From Chlamydiales bacterium (GTDB lineage: Bacteria; Chlamydiota; Chlamydiia; Chlamydiales; JAJFMA01): a stretch of 64,000 bases of DNA. Below the pieces are notes generated by a model. It made no database searches, had not been told where the DNA came from, and saw nothing but the letters and a program-made list of their open reading frames with translations. Of the stretch, positions 8,618 to 16,945 are shown piece by piece. Every line of letters begins with the position of its first letter. Within the stretch, counting starts at the first letter, position 1. A program made the position numbers and the translations under genes. The DNA is taken from contig JAUXSF010000026.1 in NCBI GenBank assembly GCA_030679955.1, forward strand, positions 20,428 through 84,427, read 5' to 3'.

Positions 8618-8764
8618 ATGACTGTAAAAAAGAAGATCATCGTAGAAGAACCAGAGTATGTAAGTCGTAAAGATGTTAATCAAAATAGAATACAAACAGC
8701 CGAAGGATGGCGACGTACAGTAAAAAAGCGTCGCGCTGAGAAAAGAAAGCGTTCCACCAAGTAA
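8618..8764 (+). CDS. small basic protein (48 aa), unannotated in the ORF track
   Basis: SD AAAGAGGAA lies 7 nt upstream of the ATG at 8618. Translation: MTVKKKIIVEEPEYVSRKDVNQNRIQTAEGWRRTVKKRRAEKRKRSTK, stop TAA at 8762-8764. The hairpin of repeat B1 follows. It is below the track's length cutoff. Confidence 0.4.
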   Translation: MTVKKKIIVEEPEYVSRKDVNQNRIQTAEGWRRTVKKRRAEKRKRSTK

Positions 8765-8770
8765 GTGATA

Positions 8771-8845
8771 GAACTAACGTAAAGGCGTAGAGGCGCGAAG
8801 GAGATTGATCTTCTTTTGCGCCTCTGCGCCTTTGCGTTAAATTCT
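8771..8845. repeat. palindromic intergenic element, family B (AACGCAAAGGCGCAGAGGCGC), copy B1
   Basis: TAACGTAAAGGCGTAGAGGCGC (8775-8796) pairs with GCGCCTCTGCGCCTTTGCGTTA (8818-8839), with 2 mismatches. The arms are homologous to B2-B4. Confidence 0.8.
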
Positions 8846-8867
8846 TCCGTCAATTACGTTGTACAGC

Positions 8868-9623
8868 ATGAGTCAACATATTGTTACAATTGTTCAAGCG
8901 CGGATGGGATCCAAGCGCCTTCCTGGCAAAGTACTAAAGCCTGTTTTGGGCAAACCTTTGCTGGAATACTTGGTTGAGCGTTTGCGTCGTGTTACAAAAG
9001 CTGGAATGCTTGTCGTTGCCACTTCTGTGGAAACAGAGGATGATGCCATTGCCGACTTCTGCGAGGATGCTGAGGTTACGGTCTTTCGCGGTAGCCGAGA
9101 TGACGTTTTAGACCGCTATGCTTCTGCTGCTAAAGCGACCTATGCGGATGCTGTGGTGCGTATTTGTGCCGATTGCCCATTGATAGATCCTGTAGTGGTG
9201 GATGAGGCGATACAGTTCTATCTAGATAACGACTACGATTGGGTAGGCAACTTTCTAGAGAGGCGGTATCCGCGTGGTTATGAGGTGGAGGTGTTTTCCC
9301 GCAAAGCTTTAGATAAAGCCGCAGATGAAGGCTTAGAGGCTGATGAGCGCGAACATGTCACGCCCTATCTCTATCGACATCCCGCACTATTCAAGTTAGG
9401 CAGCGTTGTCGGCAAAGTGGATCTTGGCAACCAGCGTTGGGTCGTCGATACGGCAGAGGATTTTGACCTCATCTCTCACATTTTGTCGGAGCTTTATCCC
9501 CGAAAACCAAATTACAGCACTCAGGATATTCTAGAGGTATTGCAGAAGAACCCTGACTGGATGAAACTCAATGCTCATATCAAGCAGAGGGTTGTTAAGG
9601 GGTTTCCAGGAGATAAAAAATGA
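8868..9623 (+). CDS. SpsF-like cytidylyltransferase (CTP_transf_3 family; putative CMP-nonulosonate synthetase)
   Basis: IVTIVQARMGSKRLPGKVLKPVLGKPLL...VFRGSRDDVLDRY...EHVTPYLYRHPALF...VVDTAEDFDLI matches the remembered B. subtilis SpsF sequence along its full length. ATG at 8868; the track's TTG at 8859 is less likely. Confidence 0.8.
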   Translation: MSQHIVTIVQARMGSKRLPGKVLKPVLGKPLLEYLVERLRRVTKAGMLVVATSVETEDDAIADFCEDAEVTVFRGSRDDVLDRYASAAKATYADAVVRICADCPLIDPVVVDEAIQFYLDNDYDWVGNFLERRYPRGYEVEVFSRKALDKAADEGLEADEREHVTPYLYRHPALFKLGSVVGKVDLGNQRWVVDTAEDFDLISHILSELYPRKPNYSTQDILEVLQKNPDWMKLNAHIKQRVVKGFPGDKK

Positions 9624-10669
9624 CTTCAGACGGCCACGTCTTTGTAATTGCCGAAGCTGGCTCAAACTGGCGCTCGGGTACACCAGCGCGAGATATGCGT
9701 ATGGCTAAGACCTTGATCGACGTAGCAGTCGATGCTGGTGCGGATGCTGTAAAGTTCCAGACATACCGCGCAGAGACCGTTTATGTCGCTCAGGCAGGAA
9801 TGGTTAAGTATCTGGAAGAGTCTGGTGTTTACTCGGACATTATCGAGATCTTTAACGACCTCTCCATGCCTTATGAGATGATTGCTCCCTTGCACGAGTA
9901 TTGCGAAAAGCAGGGCATAGAATTCATGTCGTCGGCCTTTGGCATTAAGGATTTTGAGGCCGTAAATCCCTATGTTAAGCGCCACAAAATAGCTTCCTAT
10001 GAGATTAGTCATCTACGTCTACTTGAAATAGCAGCACGCACAGGCAAGCCTATTATTTTGTCGGTTGGTGCTAGTGTAGAAGAAGACATTGATTGGGCTA
10101 TCCGTACTCTAAAGGCTAATAACTCTGGTCCGATCACACTCATGCAGTGTACCCTGGCCTATCCGGCTCCTCCCGAGAGTTTAAACCTACGCGTTATTCC
10201 ATGGCTCAAGCAGTGTTTTAATTTGCCTGTAGGCTTTTCAGATCACTCTAGGGATCCTTTGTGTGGTCCGCTAGCTGCTGTTGCGTTGGGCGCTACTGTT
10301 ATCGAGAAGCACTATACCATCGATAATCGTCTTCCAGGGCCCGACCACTTTTTTGCCCTAACTCCTAGTGAACTTAAGAAAATGGTGCAAGCCATTCGCG
10401 ATACGGAAAAGATGCTGGGGGATGGACGCAAGACGGTCGAACCTGCCGAACAAGAGATGTATCGCTTTGGACGTCGTGGTGTACAAGCAATTCAAGACAT
10501 CGCTAGAGATGGAATCTTCCAGGAGGGAGTCAATATCGATATCTTGCGGCCTGGTCACCAGAGTTCAGGAGTTCATCCGCGTCTGCTTCCGGAGATTTTA
10601 GGCAAAAGAGCTACTAAAGATATTTCCGCCGGTAGTGGTATCCATTTAGGAGACTGGACGGATGCATAA
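9620..10669 (+). CDS. N-acetylneuraminate-synthase-family (NeuB/SpsE) nonulosonic acid synthase
   Basis: VFVIAEAGSNWRSG...DAGADAVKFQTY...GFSDHS...VIEKHYTID, with a C-terminal SAF-like segment (ATKDISAGSGIHLGDW). The ATGA overlap with the upstream gene suggests translational coupling. Confidence 0.85.
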   Translation: MTSDGHVFVIAEAGSNWRSGTPARDMRMAKTLIDVAVDAGADAVKFQTYRAETVYVAQAGMVKYLEESGVYSDIIEIFNDLSMPYEMIAPLHEYCEKQGIEFMSSAFGIKDFEAVNPYVKRHKIASYEISHLRLLEIAARTGKPIILSVGASVEEDIDWAIRTLKANNSGPITLMQCTLAYPAPPESLNLRVIPWLKQCFNLPVGFSDHSRDPLCGPLAAVALGATVIEKHYTIDNRLPGPDHFFALTPSELKKMVQAIRDTEKMLGDGRKTVEPAEQEMYRFGRRGVQAIQDIARDGIFQEGVNIDILRPGHQSSGVHPRLLPEILGKRATKDISAGSGIHLGDWTDA

Positions 10670-11354
10670 AGACGACATCGTTGCTCTTACCTCCGATGTC
10701 AGAGTACTTGTCGATCCAGAGCTAAAGCTAGCCCTTCCTGCTGGATTGGAGCAACGTGTATCAGAGATCTGGCAAGAGGAAAAGGCTAAGCGGGGAGCTA
10801 TGCTCTATGAAGGGCAAATTTTTAACTCTGTTTCAGTGTCGCCCTCCCTCATTACGGGATATTGGATGTCTTACCGCTATGCCATGGCAGCCTACGTCGA
10901 TCCTACATTAGGTAAGGACATGAAGATACTGCCGACTGCTGTGAATGGTATCACACGTTGTGGAGGCAAAATTCTTATAGCGTTGCGTTCAGATAACGTT
11001 GTAGCTTACCCACATCATTGGGAATTAGCTCCTAGCGGAGGGGTAGATCCCGCTGCCTTGGTCGGTAATACTATAGATGTCCGTAAAAGTATTCTGGATG
11101 AGCTCATAGAGGAAACGGGCATCCTCGAGGAAGATGTCCTTAGTGTCTCACTGTTCGCGGCTATGCATAACAGGGAAGAAACAACCCTCGAGCTATGCTC
11201 ATTTATCGACGTGAGTGAAGATATTATCAGTCGCTTCAACCCACCTGTGGTTGAATATGTAGATTTTCAATGGTTATCTGCGGAGGAGGTTCACTCTTTC
11301 GGCGATAGTCACCTTTTATTGCCACTTACAGCCAGTATTCTCAAGCTCTTATAA
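10662..11354 (+). CDS. Nudix-like hydrolase (divergent Nudix box)
   Basis: HHWELAPSGGVDPAALVGNTIDVRKSILDELIEETGI resembles GX5EX7REUXEEXGU but is imperfect (DELIEETGI). It overlaps the neuB-like stop by 8 nt. Confidence 0.5.
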   Translation: MHKDDIVALTSDVRVLVDPELKLALPAGLEQRVSEIWQEEKAKRGAMLYEGQIFNSVSVSPSLITGYWMSYRYAMAAYVDPTLGKDMKILPTAVNGITRCGGKILIALRSDNVVAYPHHWELAPSGGVDPAALVGNTIDVRKSILDELIEETGILEEDVLSVSLFAAMHNREETTLELCSFIDVSEDIISRFNPPVVEYVDFQWLSAEEVHSFGDSHLLLPLTASILKLL

Positions 11355-11379
11355 TAGCCACTGATAACAAAAGCCGATG

Positions 11380-11760
11380 GATAGGCAGGCATACGCATCG
11401 GGTTCTCTATCAATAAATAACTGTAATATTTTATTTAATCAATTGATTTCCAATAGGTTATCAAAAAGACGTGGACTTTACAGAATAAGCAGGATCGCTG
11501 CGCGGCTGGATTGGCAGGATTTTTTAGGAAAAAAGTTAGAATTGGAGTTTAAGCGGCTAAGAACCAGTTACCATCCTGCTTATCCTGCCACGCAGCGATC
11601 ATGCATATCCTGGAAAAATGTTCCTTTTTTTCCAGGAGATCACATCAAGACCATCTGGCACAACCATGTCACAACTTAATCCACTGACTATGAGAATCTT
11701 TATTATCATTTCATGGTAGTTAGCCTGATGCGCACGGGATTGACAGGATCCTATTCTGGA
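11380..11760. repeat. repeat-laden intergenic region with family D fragments and local inverted repeats
   Basis: GATAGGCAGGCATACGCATC (11380-11399) differs at one base from the family D arm at 54125-54144 (reverse complement). GCTGCGCGGCTGGATTGGCAGGAT resembles 23192-23206. AAGCAGGATCGCTGCG and CGCAGCGATCATGC / CCATCCTGCTTATCCTG form local inverted repeats. Confidence 0.45.
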
Positions 11761-11861
11761 ATTCACATCTTTCAATTATTAAGTGAATTTAAAATTACTT
11801 AATATGTATAATTAAATTATAAATTTAATCTTACTAAGATGTGTTGAATAAAGGGGTCTTT

Positions 11862-13619
11862 ATGCAAAATGTTTCATACAGTCAAGTTGTTCATGAAGAA
11901 TATCAGCCAATTTATGATTCTATTGATAATGCTAAACAGAGTGTTAATCAATTGAAAAGTAAGATGACGCAATGTGTCGATAGAGCAATTACCACATTAG
12001 AGGCCACTCCTGCAGAGGGAGCTGCCTCAAAAAAGAACATTGATAAAGAAATTAAAAACTTAAAAACGCTAAAAAAAGAAATATCCAAAGCCAAAATTGA
12101 AAATGGAGATCAAGCTGAAAAAATTGTACTGAAAGTCAAAACTCAGATTTACCGTTCGGGTGCTAAATGTCATGTTGGTAAGCTCAACCCTGAGCTCGTT
12201 AAAGACCTAAGTGTTCTTGCTAAGGGAGTTGACAAACAAGTTAAATCAACTTCAGATCGTTTAAACACCATCATCCAAAAAGAAATATATTCGGTTCCTG
12301 CTAAACAACTTACACTAACAAAAAAATTGCAGAATATTTTAGAAAAAATCAGTGCATTTTTTTCTCCGCGTAGTAGCGAAGCAAAACTATCCGACATTGA
12401 AAAAGCGGCACATAAACTTGAGGCATTGGTTCCTCAAAAAAACGCGTTGATACAATCAGAGTGGAAAAAAGGGTTACCTGCGGAAGCTGCTAAACGCAAA
12501 CCATCCAGCTCGGTAGAAAAGGAAATTGCCGTAAAGAGGGATATAAAGACCTTCCAAGACAACTTGAGACAGAATAGCATAGGTTTAGCTAAAAAATATC
12601 AAGGGGAAATTGAAGTTGCTGAGAAGCAAATGGGTTCTAAAGAAAATATCAGTGGTACTCTAGAGGAGTTATCAATTCAGTTGAACTCAACCTCGGCACT
12701 TTTAAATTCGGCGAAAGGCACACCAGATGACATTAAGAAGCTAAAAAAACTAGTTAAAAGTCAAAGCCAATATATTGATGAGGTCAGATCACATCAATTA
12801 CCAAAAGAAAAAGCTCGATTAGAGTTCGCCTTAGATGAGGTTAATTCATCGATTAAAAGATTAAAGCAAGCAAAAGTGGATAGAGGATTAGATGACACAG
12901 ATGATTTGAAAGCAAAAATTGATATAGCCCGTGAAGAAAAGCAGACGATAGAGTTTCAACTAGCTGAGATCGACAGTTCAATGAACGATGGTGACAAGTC
13001 CCTCCAGGCTTGGCAGCAATCACGTGACGAGCTTCAAGAAATGATATTAGAAAATAGAAACCAGGTGCTAAGTGGCGAAGAGGGTTTATCAAAGCAGCAT
13101 TTAGCTAGTCTTCACAAGCAGCTCAACGATGTAGATGGGCGGATCGCACAAATTAAGGGAGAAAGCGAAGAATTTGCTGCGGTAATGTCTGAGCTGGACG
13201 TATCTGCGCCAATTCCTGAAATGATTGAAGAAGCGCTCTCAGGGCTGAAACAGCCAATAACGCCAGAAGCGTTTAGTAAGGCGATGGCTTCTACGAAACA
13301 GCTGATCGACGATCTACAGAAACAGGTCGAAGAGGCGAGAGAAAAGGTTGTGGGATCCGCACATCGCGCTAAGCAAGAGGCTGAATTGAAGCTAAAAACG
13401 CTCGAACTCTGTTTAAATGACGAATGGCCGAATCTCGCAACTCCTGACTTCAACGGCAGTAAAGCCCAGTCTGCCGCCTATGTCGCTGATGCTAGACGCA
13501 GCTTGGAAAAGGCTACAGCCTTTTTTGAGAAAGACCTTCAGTCAGTGAGACTTCCGGACCGTGCGTCACCTGCCCCTAGAAGTGGTGGGATGGAAGAGTA
13601 TTATGATGAGGCATTGTAA
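11862..13619 (+). CDS. large coiled-coil protein, no recognised domain
   Basis: ATG at 11862 follows the SD AAAGGGG. The 585-aa protein is K/E/Q/L-rich with heptad-like runs throughout and no TM segment. The AT-rich flank upstream carries repeats. Confidence 0.7.
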   Translation: MQNVSYSQVVHEEYQPIYDSIDNAKQSVNQLKSKMTQCVDRAITTLEATPAEGAASKKNIDKEIKNLKTLKKEISKAKIENGDQAEKIVLKVKTQIYRSGAKCHVGKLNPELVKDLSVLAKGVDKQVKSTSDRLNTIIQKEIYSVPAKQLTLTKKLQNILEKISAFFSPRSSEAKLSDIEKAAHKLEALVPQKNALIQSEWKKGLPAEAAKRKPSSSVEKEIAVKRDIKTFQDNLRQNSIGLAKKYQGEIEVAEKQMGSKENISGTLEELSIQLNSTSALLNSAKGTPDDIKKLKKLVKSQSQYIDEVRSHQLPKEKARLEFALDEVNSSIKRLKQAKVDRGLDDTDDLKAKIDIAREEKQTIEFQLAEIDSSMNDGDKSLQAWQQSRDELQEMILENRNQVLSGEEGLSKQHLASLHKQLNDVDGRIAQIKGESEEFAAVMSELDVSAPIPEMIEEALSGLKQPITPEAFSKAMASTKQLIDDLQKQVEEAREKVVGSAHRAKQEAELKLKTLELCLNDEWPNLATPDFNGSKAQSAAYVADARRSLEKATAFFEKDLQSVRLPDRASPAPRSGGMEEYYDEAL

Positions 13620-13714
13620 AGTTTGTTATAGAGTGCGGCGACAGGTCGTCGCACTCTCTCGTGAAAAATAAATCTGCATCTGCTACACTCTTACTTCTTT
13701 GAAGAGGGTAGATC

Positions 13715-14737
13715 TTGAAGTTTGACAACTTACGCGCCTACGAAAAGCACTTAAGCGCCTGCAATAACGAGCAGTTTGCAGATGTTTATTTGATATTGTC
13801 AAAAGAGGATTTTGATCGTTCCAGCGCGTTGGACATGACAGTTGCTGCTTTGCTAGGTGGTCGTCCTGCTGATTTAGCGCTTAAAACCTTTGATGGTGAA
13901 AGTCTTACGATTGATGCGCTACTAGATGAACTCAATACATTACCCTTTTTAATCGACCGCAAGGTTGTCGTCATTCGACAGGCTGACAGCATCAAGAAAG
14001 CAGCTGTAAAGATTTTAGAAGACTACCTAGAGCGTCCAAACCGCGCTGTGAAGTTGGTGATGGCGGCCGACGCTGTGGCTGCAAATACTAATTTCTACAA
14101 GAAGTCTGAAAAAGGTGGGGTGGTCGTTTCCATTCCGCAGAAGAAGGCGTGGGAGAAAGAGAAAGACTTTGCCGATTGGATTTACGATCAGGTAGCCAAG
14201 GAAGGCAAGCGTATCGAACCCAATGCTGTACAGCTTTTAGTTAAGCAAACCGGGTTAGATCAAACGCTACTAAAGATGGAGATGGAAAAGCTTTTTTGCT
14301 ATGTGGGTGAGGCTCCACTCATTACCGCAACAGCAGTAGGCGCTATTTGCACATGCATGGATATCGATAATATCTTCCAATTTTCCGAAGCTGTCCTGCG
14401 TCGCCAAGTATCCCGAGCATTGACCATTGGCTCGCATTTGATGAGTGGTGGGACCTCTGTCTTGCCGATCTTGATCCAGCTTAGAACACAATTTCATACC
14501 GATTATCAGGTTTGTTCCATATTAACGAATGGCGGTACAGCTCAGGATGTGTCGCAAGAGTTTCGTTATCTTGTTGGCCGTGTGTTGACACAACACATTG
14601 AGATGGCCACAGGATACGGCATGGAACGCTTTAAGAAAGGCTTGCTCGCCTTAGATGAGGCTGAGCGTTTGGCCAAAAGTAGCACAATGGAACCAGAGCT
14701 ACTATTAGAGCGCCTGGTTGTTAAACTTACAACGTGA
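13715..14737 (+). CDS. holA: DNA polymerase III delta subunit (probable)
   Basis: The 340-aa length and N-terminal pattern (YLILSKEDFDRS...LPFLIDRKVVVIRQAD) fit HolA. TTG start at 13715 follows GAAGAGGG. The assignment rests on weak by-eye similarity only. Confidence 0.55.
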   Translation: MKFDNLRAYEKHLSACNNEQFADVYLILSKEDFDRSSALDMTVAALLGGRPADLALKTFDGESLTIDALLDELNTLPFLIDRKVVVIRQADSIKKAAVKILEDYLERPNRAVKLVMAADAVAANTNFYKKSEKGGVVVSIPQKKAWEKEKDFADWIYDQVAKEGKRIEPNAVQLLVKQTGLDQTLLKMEMEKLFCYVGEAPLITATAVGAICTCMDIDNIFQFSEAVLRRQVSRALTIGSHLMSGGTSVLPILIQLRTQFHTDYQVCSILTNGGTAQDVSQEFRYLVGRVLTQHIEMATGYGMERFKKGLLALDEAERLAKSSTMEPELLLERLVVKLTT

Positions 14738-14743
14738 AGAAAA

Positions 14744-15475
14744 ATGACTGCAAAAAAACCAGCACTATTACTACTTCCCAATCTATTAGGGGAGCAAAAG
14801 CACCACGAAGTCTTTCTGCCAGGCAGCGTCGATAAAGCTGTCAAGACGCTAGACGGGTTATTTTCAGAAAGTGAATCAGGCGGAAGACGTTTCCTTGGAC
14901 ATTTTGAGCTAGAAAAAGCTGCACATCTTATTCCTTTGGCGCTGGTTAATGAACACACACCAGATGCTGACCTTGACTTTCTTCTGCAGCCTCTTGTTGC
15001 GGGCGAGAGGTGGGGGCTGGTGTCGGATGCAGGGACTCCATGCATTGCTGACCCAGGTTACAAGTTGGTTAGGCGTGCGCGTCAGCTAGGTATTCAGATA
15101 CAAGCTTTTGTTGGACCGAGCGCTATTACAATGGCTTTGATGCTGTCGGGCCTACCAGCCCAGCGCTTTGCTTTCCGTGGCTATCTGCCAAAGGACTCCG
15201 CCGAGCGTATGAACGAGATGCGCAAGCTAGAGCAAGCTTCACAAGCGGCTAAAGCAACTCAGATTTTTATCGAAGCTCCTTACCGCAATACTGCTGCGCT
15301 CGAAGATCTATTGAAGACGCTTCATCCTAGCACATGGTTGTGTGTAGCTTGGGATTTGACCCTGCCTACGCAAGGAATTGTGTCGCAGTTAGTCGCTCAT
15401 TGGAAGCGCACGGCTTTGCCTAATCTAGAGAAAAAACCTGCCATATTCCTAGTATCTGCTGAAGGTGCTGCATGA
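14744..15475 (+). CDS. rsmI: 16S rRNA (cytidine1402-2'-O)-methyltransferase-like tetrapyrrole-methylase-family protein
   Basis: GLVSDAGTPCIADPGYKLVRRARQLGIQIQAFVGPSAITMALMLSGL is the RsmI/YraL signature. Confidence 0.8.
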   Translation: MTAKKPALLLLPNLLGEQKHHEVFLPGSVDKAVKTLDGLFSESESGGRRFLGHFELEKAAHLIPLALVNEHTPDADLDFLLQPLVAGERWGLVSDAGTPCIADPGYKLVRRARQLGIQIQAFVGPSAITMALMLSGLPAQRFAFRGYLPKDSAERMNEMRKLEQASQAAKATQIFIEAPYRNTAALEDLLKTLHPSTWLCVAWDLTLPTQGIVSQLVAHWKRTALPNLEKKPAIFLVSAEGAA

Positions 15476-16233
15476 CCACAATCGGTATGATCGGTTTCGG
15501 AAATATGGGACAAGCTATCTACCATCGGCTAGAGCAAGCCTTTGGTGCCGATAGCCTGTATGTCGTCGACCATCATACCGACAAGCTGCCTAAGCAAAAT
15601 AGTGGCACCTCTTTGGACGTATTAGAGCCCGCAGAAGTGGTTATAATCGGTGTTAAGCCACAATCCTATACCGAGTTAGCAGTCACTTTAAATGGTTGTT
15701 TGGCTAATAAACGTGTCATTTCCATCATGACCGGCATTTCATTGGACCAGCTGTCCCGTACGACCGGTTCTAAAGACATTGTGCGGACGATGCCCAACTT
15801 GCCCATCAAAATTGGCAAAGGGCTAACCGGATGGATTGGCACACAAAAAGGTGACTGGGTCATTCCCATCTTGCAGGCACTAGGGCAGGAAGTCAGGGTG
15901 GACACCGAAGATCAACTGGAGTGCATTACCGCTACTAGTGGATCCGGACCCGCATATTTCTTCTATTTGTGCGAATTATTGGCACAAAAGGCAGAAGCGT
16001 ATGGCTTTTCTTCAGAACAGTCACGACGCATTGCAGAGGCCACTTTTGTGGGGTCTGCTGCGTTGTTAGACAGTGAAGATAAGTCTGCCGAGCAATGGCG
16101 ACAAGCGGTTACTTCTAAAGGTGGTACAACCAATGCCGCTATCACTTCGCTACAAGCCAATCATTTTGGCGAGATCTTTCAGGAAGCTATAGACAAAGCC
16201 CGTCTACGAGCTATTGAATTAAAAAACAGTTAG
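15472..16233 (+). CDS. proC: pyrroline-5-carboxylate reductase
   Basis: IGMIGFGNMGQAI (Rossmann), GVKPQ, SGSGPAYFFY and VTSKGGTT are present. ATGA overlap with rsmI. Confidence 0.85.
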   Translation: MTTIGMIGFGNMGQAIYHRLEQAFGADSLYVVDHHTDKLPKQNSGTSLDVLEPAEVVIIGVKPQSYTELAVTLNGCLANKRVISIMTGISLDQLSRTTGSKDIVRTMPNLPIKIGKGLTGWIGTQKGDWVIPILQALGQEVRVDTEDQLECITATSGSGPAYFFYLCELLAQKAEAYGFSSEQSRRIAEATFVGSAALLDSEDKSAEQWRQAVTSKGGTTNAAITSLQANHFGEIFQEAIDKARLRAIELKNS

Positions 16234-16238
16234 TTCAG

Positions 16239-16374
16239 TGGACGAAGGGACCTTAGGGACGAAAGAGACCTTAGGGACTTTTACGGACAAAAGTTATTAG
16301 ACTTTGTGCCTTTTTAGGTCGTTTATGTCCTTTCGGTCTTTTTGTCCATAAAGTCCCTAAGGTCCCTTCGTCCA
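16239..16374. repeat. palindromic intergenic element, family A, copy A3
   Basis: TGGACGAAGGGACCTTAGGGAC (16239-16260) is the exact reverse complement of 16353-16374. There is an internal second copy of GAAAGAGACCTTAGGGAC. It lies between convergent proC and the formyltransferase-like gene and overlaps the latter's 3' end. Confidence 0.85.
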
Positions 16375-16937
16375 TCTAGGGCTTGTAGCAACAAAGGCCC
16401 GAAATGGCTTGTCAGCTCATCTTTGATACGTTCGATATCTTGATGTGTTACGGGATGCTCATAGACGCAAAGAGTTCTTCCGTGGTCGATTTGTTCATCC
16501 AAAATGTGCGCTGTGATGACGACTGTTTTGTCGCCTTTGGACAGGGCTTGCTTGATCGGTTCGGCTCCCGGGTAGTCAGGGAGACGTCCGCGATGCAGAT
16601 TAACGCCACCGAAACGCGCATGGTTAATCAGTGACAGGGGAATAAGGCGTCTCCAACTGATGGAGGCTAGAAAGTCATAGTCCATGTTTAGAAGTGTTTC
16701 TTCCAACTTTTGCTGCTCTGCTTTGCTGTCGACGGTATACAGGGGAATGTCGTGCTGTGTCGCTAAAGTTTGGTAGTGTGCAAAGTCAGACCTTTCCGCT
16801 CTCTCCTCGGACTCACTTTTGGGCAGCAAGCGATGCGTAGCAATGGCAACGACCTGATACTTTGTCGAGTTAAGTAGGGCTTGTAGTCCATTGAGACCAT
16901 GGGTACGCGCTAGAAGAGCTACAACTCTGTAGACCAT
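16323..16937 (-). CDS. formyltransferase-domain protein (PurN/Fmt N-terminal-domain-like)
   Basis: GGVNLHRGRLPDYPGAEPIKQAL...ITAHILDEQIDHGRTL matches the N-x-H...D formyltransferase core (compare NIHPSLLPKYPG of PurN). The last ~17 codons (DGRRDLRDFMDKKTERT) are encoded inside repeat A3. Confidence 0.65.
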   Translation of the reverse strand: MVYRVVALLARTHGLNGLQALLNSTKYQVVAIATHRLLPKSESEERAERSDFAHYQTLATQHDIPLYTVDSKAEQQKLEETLLNMDYDFLASISWRRLIPLSLINHARFGGVNLHRGRLPDYPGAEPIKQALSKGDKTVVITAHILDEQIDHGRTLCVYEHPVTHQDIERIKDELTSHFGPLLLQALDGRRDLRDFMDKKTERT

Positions 16938-16945
16938 GACTCGCC

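Noticed and set aside
11377-11679. 100-aa ORF in the spacer after the Nudix gene.
   Set aside because: It lies entirely within repeat fragments and inverted repeats, and has no SD. The product has no hydrophobic core pattern or motif. It is more likely non-coding repeat sequence.
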